Source: Candidatus Moraniibacteriota bacterium
GTDB taxonomy: Bacteria > Patescibacteriota > Minisyncoccia > Moranbacterales > UBA1568
Assembly (NCBI GenBank): GCA_028711705.1
Contig: JAQTRS010000003.1
Location: 109,966 to 173,965, forward strand
DNA: 64,000 bases
Direction: 5' to 3'
Of the stretch, positions 45,101 through 52,031 are shown piece by piece. The notes under the pieces are model-generated. The model made no database searches. It was not told where the DNA came from and saw nothing but the letters and a program-made list of their open reading frames with translations. Position 1 is the first letter of the stretch. Each line of letters opens with the position of its first letter. Both the position numbers and the translations under genes were made by a program.

Positions 45101-47970
45101 CCCCGACATTTGGTGGCGACGGTATTCGGGGAGTGAGTGTCAATTTCAATAACAATTCTTATTTATGTTCAGACGCGAACTCGGATGGTACGTGTGATGC
45201 GGATGCTGACTTCAATGCTGGTACGGTGAGTTTCACCGTTTCTTTATGGTTCAAGCATTCGACTACGGCAGCAGCCGATACGTTGTTCGAACGATGTTAT
45301 ACTCCCGTGGCGGCAACAGCGGCCGTCGGGTGTATATATGCCGGAATGCATACGACCGGGCAGATCCGTTTCGCTATCGATAGCCTTACGACGTGGACGT
45401 ATAACACTACCTATGATGACACTATTCTTTCGACTGCAACCTATAATGATAACCAATGGCATCATGCTGTGTTCACTAATACTGACACGGATATCTGTAT
45501 GTATATCGATGGGAAGCAGGCAGTAGCGTGCGACAGCACTATTGCAGCTACCGCGACAATGGATGCTTCGCAGGTATTGACGGTCGGAGGGTCGTGTGCT
45601 GGCGCGAACTGTGTGACGGGTGCGAACTTTTGGGATGGATCGATTGATGAGCTCGTGTGGAGTTCGAACGGTGGTACGACAAATGATGGATTAGCAGCGC
45701 AAAGCGCCAACAAACTTTATTTGGATGGTCGGGCCCACATGATACGGCCTTCTGATACGGTGGTTGATGCCACAACTTTTTCATCGACTACTATAGGGGA
45801 TTCCGCAGAAAATTATGTTCCAGGGTCGTTCGTGGGACTGGTTGTGGAGTTGAACGGTGGAACCGGCGCCGGACAAACGAGAACGATTATTTCTAACGAT
45901 GCGACTACCTTTACTGTGTATCCGGCATTCACGACTGTGCCCGATGCTACGACTGACTATCAGGTAAGTCCCGCGAAGCTGTATGGAGTGAACGGGGTTA
46001 CGGCTATTTCAGCGGATATGCCGACCAATCTCAACAAGATCCGCAAGGTCTATGTGGGAACGAGTAATGGATCGGATGGCGGAGGCATCAGTGTCTTTAC
46101 CAATGCCGGCGCTGGTTCAATTAAGACGGATGTGATTCATTCGGATGCCGGTTATCCAGCGGATGATTTCGGTTCGACGTGGTCAGGAACAGATGCTGAC
46201 GATATTAGCGCTATCGCTTCCTATTCCGATACGGTAGCCTTCGGTTCTGGTGCATTTTTGCGAGCGAAACGAAATGAAGTCAGTTTGAAGCAGCTTCAGT
46301 TAGATACTATAGGAGGGCTTGAAGATATTCGTCAAGAATTGGTCTCCAAACAGCTCTTCGGATCGACTCAGGACGTACTTGGTTTGGGTCAGGGAGCCGA
46401 CCTTGCAGAGCGTTATTATTCTGATGAATCTCTGATGGCGGGCACTATCATTTCTATAGATCCATCGCTTGATAATGGCGTTAAAAAGTCGACAGGGGCG
46501 TATCAGAAAGATATGCTCGGCGTTGTTGCTACCAAGCCAGGAATCACTTTGGGATCGGTACAAGATAACGCTTATCCTGTGGCTCTTGTTGGACGAGTGC
46601 CTGTTCTTGTGACGAATGAATCGGGGCAGATCTATGCAGGGGATAGGATAACTTCTTCTTCGGTTCCAGGCTATGGTATGCTTGCTATCAAAGCGGGGAG
46701 AGTGGCCGGAACCGTACTCGAGGATGCTTCGGGTTGGGATACCTGTCCTGCCGGAGTGATCACCGATGGACGAAATATCAAGTGCACAAGCGTGATGGTT
46801 TTTGTCAATCTTACGGATTATAACGGTCGATCGATCGATGTCGCGATGAAAGAGCACGCTCAGCAGCAAGCTCTTACCGGTGGCAATATCGATGGTTTGC
46901 AAGTGGACGGGTCAGTGGATACCGCGGTTCTTCCTGGCGACGAGGCTAATACCAATGGCGTCATCACTATTCTCAATACAGCTAGCAATGATCAGGATTT
47001 TTCGAGGCAGCAGCAAATACTATCCTTTTTGAATGATCTTAAAGAGGAACAAGCGAAATTTTCGCAGCAATCATCGGAGATATTTACCGATCAATTGTAT
47101 GCTGCGGACGGCGTCGTTACCCCGCAGTTGGTTGCAGATCTTATCATCGCCAAGCATATCAAGGCGGATTCGATAGAAGGTTTGGAGGTGTTTACGGATA
47201 AAATCGGCAGTCTTTCCGATCGCATCACGAATCAGGACAAGGACGTGACGACGCAGCAGCTTACGGCCGGAGATGCTGAAATCGGTTCATTGGCACTCGA
47301 AAGCGCGAAGGTGTCGATGAATATGGATGTCGCCGGCAAGCTTAAGGTGGGAGGCTTGATTGTCAGTGACAGTGCCACATTCAAGAATGATACTTTGTTC
47401 AATAAACTCGTTTCATTTATCGGAAAGGTTGTCTTCAAGAGCGATGTCGCTTTTGAAAAAACACCGACCTTTGGTAAGGATACGGCCGGATTCGCCAAGA
47501 TTGCCAAGGGTGCCGATCGGGTGGAAATCGTGTTTGGAACCGTGTATGAGAGGACGCCGATCGTGCAGGCGATGATGGTTTTCGATGATGAAAAGGCACT
47601 CGATACCGATGCGTCCGATGCGAATTCGGGCAATGATTCCGCGCCAGCCGTTTCCGGAGCGTCTTCTTCCAAAGAAAAAGATACGATCCAAAGACAATTG
47701 CTTGCCAAAAACTATTCGTACTTCGTGGTCAATCGAACTAAAAAGGGCTTCACCATCATTCTCAATAAACCGGCCGATGAAGACCTTGATTTTTCTTGGG
47801 TAGCTATCGCCGTGGCTGACGCGCAGACATTTGAAAGCAAAAAACCTGAACCTGTCGCAGACCCATCGGTTTCGATTCCTGCGATCACTCCTACGGTTTC
47901 GGAAAAAACTAGTATTCCTTTGATCACAGCGCCTACGACATCTCCTACGCCTATCGCGCCGACTTTGTAA
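42196..47970 (+). CDS. Giant secreted adhesin: tail-fibre-like stalk, LamG/ConA domain, intramolecular-chaperone-like C-terminal region
   Basis: Signal peptide; KINFQGKV...GDGEMSPR head; GNVGI motif; LamG motifs FTVSLWFK, YNDNQWHHAV, MYIDGK, WDGSIDE; GADLAERY...LGVVATKPG...VALVGRVPV. Confidence 0.75.
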   Translation: MKEENHTKMKNTYRFRFLAFLAIFLVVGFFVSTQEYSFAATGTNKKINFQGKVVNSNGTNVANGSYGFIFSIYTVSSGGANVWTESKSLTVTDGIFQTDLGDVTTLPGSIDFNTDNIYLGINFNGDGEMSPRVQFDAVPQAFNAQKVAGLTVTDTTGTLTIPNGKTISFADTFSTSGAFATTLTATGTTTVTLPTTGTLATLSGSEILNNKTIGSAGLIFSGAATDITTTSGESLVIVAAGAGTVDIQDATTVDSLTADTGGISIAAGQSYTGSGAVTLSSGGAAGLTIDSASDVLTVATGDYLALSHSGVASAAAGYIWYDSGDNKFKINENGTTKTLCNLTDGGCGSGGASDLQTTYGNDADGSNATISLTAADDGLVFTNPTSGGTDASSFLAYFNQQNTTAAVSAVDITQASNASNAVNITANAIDGEIGLDITANGLTSGKGIDVSSSSTAFTGNLSNISLTGSSAANTGNVLAVSNTGTANANTSFFINHQATGTGNLAMRVDDQSSDATPFVIDGNGNVGIQTSAPTDALQVGSATNRANMTAYGDITAEGYDVQRSLAGIIDIFVYDTTRDADGGEWRNSIISQQMSWATETKDDGIGDACDIAADDRCGKSIFPRKAIIATTASGLYIFDGADNSLWMKFTQAGTYALGADTNNNPTGVGAQNGVIVVGTNGTSATGMYAFDFKQDAMYRYDATNRVQGDKNIGNRNSTVSYATNANTNFALVNSVVNDVSIALITSSTEGMINTLTLPLDSATSPMRGVTLIAAATDTGVSVVNTANQRVFSYSETTNDDYNQVVITSRGRMYATNETQQQLEEWRNIDRDVASELNGNPDRFYDQTVGRSPITTGTAPTISTSPGTLAVIERNSAARESAATTLLETGDIVFVGTDQGLAEVHTSGGSLVGAAWSKITTSTVATPYMVGAARSVYLFEEAAGSTVAASSIGAAGTTNNPLRSAVTGTAPTFGGDGIRGVSVNFNNNSYLCSDANSDGTCDADADFNAGTVSFTVSLWFKHSTTAAADTLFERCYTPVAATAAVGCIYAGMHTTGQIRFAIDSLTTWTYNTTYDDTILSTATYNDNQWHHAVFTNTDTDICMYIDGKQAVACDSTIAATATMDASQVLTVGGSCAGANCVTGANFWDGSIDELVWSSNGGTTNDGLAAQSANKLYLDGRAHMIRPSDTVVDATTFSSTTIGDSAENYVPGSFVGLVVELNGGTGAGQTRTIISNDATTFTVYPAFTTVPDATTDYQVSPAKLYGVNGVTAISADMPTNLNKIRKVYVGTSNGSDGGGISVFTNAGAGSIKTDVIHSDAGYPADDFGSTWSGTDADDISAIASYSDTVAFGSGAFLRAKRNEVSLKQLQLDTIGGLEDIRQELVSKQLFGSTQDVLGLGQGADLAERYYSDESLMAGTIISIDPSLDNGVKKSTGAYQKDMLGVVATKPGITLGSVQDNAYPVALVGRVPVLVTNESGQIYAGDRITSSSVPGYGMLAIKAGRVAGTVLEDASGWDTCPAGVITDGRNIKCTSVMVFVNLTDYNGRSIDVAMKEHAQQQALTGGNIDGLQVDGSVDTAVLPGDEANTNGVITILNTASNDQDFSRQQQILSFLNDLKEEQAKFSQQSSEIFTDQLYAADGVVTPQLVADLIIAKHIKADSIEGLEVFTDKIGSLSDRITNQDKDVTTQQLTAGDAEIGSLALESAKVSMNMDVAGKLKVGGLIVSDSATFKNDTLFNKLVSFIGKVVFKSDVAFEKTPTFGKDTAGFAKIAKGADRVEIVFGTVYERTPIVQAMMVFDDEKALDTDASDANSGNDSAPAVSGASSSKEKDTIQRQLLAKNYSYFVVNRTKKGFTIILNKPADEDLDFSWVAIAVADAQTFESKKPEPVADPSVSIPAITPTVSEKTSIPLITAPTTSPTPIAPTL

Positions 47971-48001
47971 ATAAAATGTTTTGGAGGTATACTATAGACA
48001 T

Positions 48002-48478
48002 ATGAATAAACGTTTGCGTCATACATCACACGGATTCACACTGATTGAACTTTTACTTGTTATTGGAATTATCGCCGTACTTGCGGTAGTGGTTTTCGTG
48101 GCGCTTGATCCTGCGAAACGATTTGTGGATGCTCGAAATTCGAGACGGGTTTCCGATGCGCAGTTCATTCTCACCGCGGTACGCCAGTACGTGATCGACA
48201 ATGGTAGTACACTACCGACTGGTCTTGATACAATCGAGAAACAGCTCGGAACAGGCGTCTCAGGGTGTAGTCTTACGTACGGAGTCTGCAGCGCCAATAC
48301 GAATTATTGCCTTGATATGTCAAGCGATTTGGCGAAATATCTCAAGTCTTTGCCATTCGATCCGAAAGAGGGAACGTCCGTGAAAACTCACTATACGATT
48401 CAAGTCGATAGCAACAATATTATCACGGTACGCGCCTGCGATGCTGAAAACAATGAGGAAATAGTCGTTTCAGGTTAA
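48002..48478 (+). CDS. Type IV pilin (copy 2, paralogue of 34725-35201)
   Basis: HG/FTLIELLLVIGIIAVLAVVVFVALDPAKRF; LAKYLKSLPFDP; ITVRACD. Confidence 0.88.
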   Translation: MNKRLRHTSHGFTLIELLLVIGIIAVLAVVVFVALDPAKRFVDARNSRRVSDAQFILTAVRQYVIDNGSTLPTGLDTIEKQLGTGVSGCSLTYGVCSANTNYCLDMSSDLAKYLKSLPFDPKEGTSVKTHYTIQVDSNNIITVRACDAENNEEIVVSG

Positions 48479-48583
48479 AGGGTTTTTCTGTTGTCTGTAA
48501 AAAATAAGGCTCATAAACGAGTTTTTCAAAAAATTCTTTTTGGTAGCGAGATTGTTAATGAATGTGAGAGAATCCACAGTTGT

Positions 48584-49576
48584 ATGAGTTTCCGAGTTTT
48601 TTCTTTCAGCATTGCGGTTTTTACAACAGGAGTCGTGTGCGGTGTTTTTGGATATCGGTTTGTACGAGAGGGCACCTTTGTGGATATTCCCGAGGATACT
48701 TCTCGGCAGATTCGGCAAAATAGCCAGTATGTGTACACCAATCCCTTACTTGAATGCGAAGTAGCGCAGGGTGTTATTGATGTTCAAAAAGAAAATTTTC
48801 AGAAGGATCTGGAGAGTTTTGTTTATGATTTGAAGCAGCGGCGCACATTGACGAATGAGTCGATATATTTTCGTGATCTCAATAACGGACCGGCGTTCGG
48901 TGTCGATGCGAGAGAGGAATTTTTTCCTGCGTCATTGCTTAAGGTTCCGGTTATGATGGCTTATTATCGCTGGGCGGAGTCGGAACCCGGCCTTTTGGGT
49001 ACGGAGATTCTGTATGAGGCGCCGAAGGATTTCGGTATGACGCCGACTATTATCCCTCGTGAGCAGCTGACGGTAGGGCAGAGCTATACCGTGGAGGAAC
49101 TTATCCGTAGGATGATCGTTTATTCGGATAATCAAGCATTAAGACTTCTTTCAAGCCGGTTACCTTTGGAAAAGCTTAGAGACTTGTTTAAGATAGTCGG
49201 AGCTAAAGATGAAGTACTGGTTGATGTGAATGCTCAATTGACCGTCAAAGAATATGCTGGATTTTTCCGTATCCTTTTCAATAGTTCGTATCTTTCGCAT
49301 GATAACTCTGAGAAAGCGTTGAGGCTGCTTGCCATGACGGATTATGATGTTGCCCTTAAAGCAGGTGTCCCCCGTGAGGTGATGGTTTCGCATAAATTCG
49401 GAGAGGCAGGGACAGGTGATACGGAACGGCAATTGCACGATTGCGGTATCGTGTATTTCCCAGGGCATCCGTATCTCGCTTGTATTATGACGCGTGGCAA
49501 GGATATGGATGCTTTACGTCAGGCTATCGAGGACACATCACGTTTTATCTATGATAAAATCGATGGGCCATATTGA
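48584..49576 (+). CDS. Serine hydrolase, class A beta-lactamase fold
   Basis: ASLLK (SxxK), YSDN, VSHKFG, HDCGIVY; N-terminal TM. Confidence 0.85.
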   Translation: MSFRVFSFSIAVFTTGVVCGVFGYRFVREGTFVDIPEDTSRQIRQNSQYVYTNPLLECEVAQGVIDVQKENFQKDLESFVYDLKQRRTLTNESIYFRDLNNGPAFGVDAREEFFPASLLKVPVMMAYYRWAESEPGLLGTEILYEAPKDFGMTPTIIPREQLTVGQSYTVEELIRRMIVYSDNQALRLLSSRLPLEKLRDLFKIVGAKDEVLVDVNAQLTVKEYAGFFRILFNSSYLSHDNSEKALRLLAMTDYDVALKAGVPREVMVSHKFGEAGTGDTERQLHDCGIVYFPGHPYLACIMTRGKDMDALRQAIEDTSRFIYDKIDGPY

Positions 49577-49657
49577 TATCACCTTGTATTATGTGCACAT
49601 ATTTTGTATACTACAGATGATTTACCGGGTTAAAAAAACAAACGTAATTTTACGATT

Positions 49658-50458
49658 ATGGCGAGAATAAAAGAGGTGCCGCATACCACTATTACCGAAA
49701 TGCGTAAAGCGAAAAGCGTGTCCTCTCCGGCCTCAGAGGCCCCAGCTACGAAACGTTTCGGAATGAAAATATTTGGCAAGTTGTTTCTTATTCTGATCTT
49801 TATCGGCGCGGTCGGTGCTGCCGGGTATTTTTATTATCAGTACCGGAAAGTGACCAAAAACGATCAGTCGGCCGAGACGGCTGCATTGGTCAAGGAGTTG
49901 GGAAGTGTGATGGAGCTGCCGACGGATGAGACGCCGACGCTTGCGACCGTGACTGACAAGGAGAAACTTTCGGAGCAACCGTTTTTCAAGAAGGCAGAAA
50001 ATAATGATAAAGTTCTGATCTACGTGAAGGCAGGCAGAGCTATTCTGTATCGTCCCGCAGTGCACAAGATAGTTGACGTATCAACAATTAATGTAACAAA
50101 TGATCAACAGTCTGGATCCGCTTCCGAGAATGCGAACAAAACATCGTCCCAAGCCGTTCCGGCTTCAAGCGACGTTCATCCGACGCTTGCGTTGTACAAC
50201 GGCGCTAAGACCTTGGGCTTGACGTACAAAGTGGAAGAGCAGATCAAGGCGAGTTTTTCGAATGTCGACGTAGCAAAAAAAGAACCGGCTGCTCAAACGA
50301 ACTATGTGAAAACGGTTGTCGTGGATGTTTCTGGAAAATATAATTCGGTGGCGAATGACATTGCGAAGAATCTTTCTGCCGAAGTGAAATCGCTTCCGGA
50401 TGGCGAATCGAAGCCGGATACCGACATACTTGTTATCATAGGAGAAGACAAGTCGTAG
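49658..50458 (+). CDS. Membrane-anchored protein with LytR C-terminal domain
   Basis: TM, ETPTLATVTD..KL..QPFF..A...DKVLIY.....AILYRP, then LALYNG and PDTDILVIIG. Confidence 0.75.
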   Translation: MARIKEVPHTTITEMRKAKSVSSPASEAPATKRFGMKIFGKLFLILIFIGAVGAAGYFYYQYRKVTKNDQSAETAALVKELGSVMELPTDETPTLATVTDKEKLSEQPFFKKAENNDKVLIYVKAGRAILYRPAVHKIVDVSTINVTNDQQSGSASENANKTSSQAVPASSDVHPTLALYNGAKTLGLTYKVEEQIKASFSNVDVAKKEPAAQTNYVKTVVVDVSGKYNSVANDIAKNLSAEVKSLPDGESKPDTDILVIIGEDKS

Positions 50459-50465
50459 TGTGAAT

Positions 50466-50494
50466 TTGACAGACGCATTTTTTTCTGCTATACT
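50466..50494 (+). promoter_or_regulatory. Sigma70 promoter
   Basis: TTGACA-17 bp-TATACT with TG extension. Confidence 0.78.
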
Positions 50495-50499
50495 GTGTC

Positions 50500-50657
50500 T
50501 ATAAGAGTTTGAAACGGGTGACCTCTCCATGGAGGATTCATCCGTTTTATTTTCTCTTATATGCCGATGAAGCGAGATCTGTTTGGAACATTTCTATAGT
50601 GTAAATTCTAGAGTTACACCTTGTGAAATGTCTCAGTCGGAAGTATCTTCGGCGGCA
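50500..50657 (+). ncRNA. Candidate structured RNA / leader (two long hairpins)
   Basis: Hairpin 1 TATAAGAG..AAACGGGTGA / TCATCCGTTT..CTCTTATA; hairpin 2 TGCCG..GAAG..ACATTTC..GTGTAA / TTACAC..GAAATGT..CTTC..CGGCA; begins at the expected transcription start. Confidence 0.45.
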
Positions 50658-50694
50658 GCAAAAACAAAAATAAATAATACGTAAATATAAATAT

Positions 50695-50892
50695 ATGAAC
50701 GACGAAATCAAGGATATTACCACTGGTGAATCCTGTACATGCGAAGGCGATACGTGCCCGCACCAAGAGGAAACACAGGAAACCGGCTTCATGACGAAGT
50801 ATCGTGGTAGTGAGGAGATCGCATTAGCATTCTTGCTTGCATTGACCCCACTCGTAGTCCTTACATTTTTTGGACAAGTAGGACTTATATAA
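50695..50892 (+). CDS. Small tail-anchored membrane protein with CxCxxxxCPH motif
   Basis: 65-aa ORF, A-rich upstream region, acidic Cys-containing N-terminus, C-terminal TM. Confidence 0.65.
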   Translation: MNDEIKDITTGESCTCEGDTCPHQEETQETGFMTKYRGSEEIALAFLLALTPLVVLTFFGQVGLI

Positions 50893-50934
50893 TATAAACG
50901 AAGCTGTCTGTTTTCAGAATCAAAATTGAATACT

Positions 50935-50963
50935 AAAAACCTACCCTTTCGGGTAGGTTTTTT
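50935..50963. terminator. Bidirectional intrinsic terminator
   Basis: AAAAACCTACCC-TTTC-GGGTAGGTTTTT between the convergent small ORF and tRNA-Gly. Confidence 0.85.
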
Positions 50964-50968
50964 ATGTG

Positions 50969-51040
50969 AGCGGGTGACCGGAATCGAACCGGCGTCCTCA
51001 GCTTGGAAGGCTGATATAATAGCCATTATACGACACCCGC
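50969..51040 (-). tRNA. tRNA-Gly (TCC)
   Basis: Reverse complement GCGGGTG...CACCCGC-T, anticodon arm TCAGC-CTTCCAA-GCTGA, GCCGG-TTCGATT-CCGGT. Confidence 0.95.
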
Positions 51041-51104
51041 AAAACTTACTTTCCATAGTATAGCGTGAGAGTCGATTTTTGTCCAGATGTGGTACAATGG
51101 GTGT

Positions 51105-52019
51105 ATGGATATCTTTTCTATCATATTGATCGTGGGGGGACTTTTCCTGTTCGAGGTGATGAGCAGTATCGACAATGCCATCATCAATGCGGAGGTGCTT
51201 TCGACCATGGGCGAGAAGGCGAAAAAATGGTTTTTGACGTGGGGGATTTTCTTCGCGGTGTTCGTGGTGCGCGGACTTTTGCCATGGCTGATCGTGTGGC
51301 TGGCAGTGCCGGGGCTTGGGTTTTTCGACGCGTTCACGGCGGCCTTCAGCAGCGACCCGCGGGTCAAGGAGTCGGTGGACACGGCCGCGCCGATACTGCT
51401 TATCGGAGGCGGCATCTTTCTGATTTTCCTGTTCTTTCACTGGTTGTTCGTGGAGCCGAAAAACTATGGTCTGCGAGGGGAGCGCTTCTTCCATCGGCAG
51501 AGCGCCTGGTTTTACGCGGTCGTGTCGCTTATCCTTATGACGGTGGTGTGGATGGCGCTCAAGCAGAGTCCGATGCTGGCGTTCGGCGCCGTGGTCGGAT
51601 CGACGGTCTTTTTCATCACGCACGGATTCAAGCAACAAGCGGAGGAAAGCGAGAAGCGGCTGATGAAGGGAGGGAGCAGCTCGCTGTCGGATCTGAGCAA
51701 GCTTTTTTATTTGGAGGCGATAGATATGACCTTTTCTTTGGACGGCGTGCTCGGAGCCTTCGCGTTCACGCTTTCGGTGCCGCTCATCCTGATCGGGAAT
51801 AGCCTCGGGGCGCTCGTGGTGCGCCAATTGACCTTGGGTAATATTGAGCGTATTCAGAAGTATAGGTACCTGAAGAACGGAGCGATGTATTCGATAGTGT
51901 TTCTGGGCGCCGTCATGCTGGCGGATGCCTTCGGGGTGCATGTGCCCGCATGGGTATCGCCGGCGGTAACGTTTAGTGCGGTGGGATACTTCCTCTGGAA
52001 ATCGTATCGGGAGTTGTAA
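51105..52019 (+). CDS. DUF475 (TerC-related) integral membrane protein
   Basis: LFEVMSSIDNAIINA, FLTWGI, LFYLEAIDMTFSLDGVLGAFAFT, YLKNGAMYSI. Confidence 0.88.
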   Translation: MDIFSIILIVGGLFLFEVMSSIDNAIINAEVLSTMGEKAKKWFLTWGIFFAVFVVRGLLPWLIVWLAVPGLGFFDAFTAAFSSDPRVKESVDTAAPILLIGGGIFLIFLFFHWLFVEPKNYGLRGERFFHRQSAWFYAVVSLILMTVVWMALKQSPMLAFGAVVGSTVFFITHGFKQQAEESEKRLMKGGSSSLSDLSKLFYLEAIDMTFSLDGVLGAFAFTLSVPLILIGNSLGALVVRQLTLGNIERIQKYRYLKNGAMYSIVFLGAVMLADAFGVHVPAWVSPAVTFSAVGYFLWKSYREL

Positions 52020-52031
52020 AAACAAAAAACT

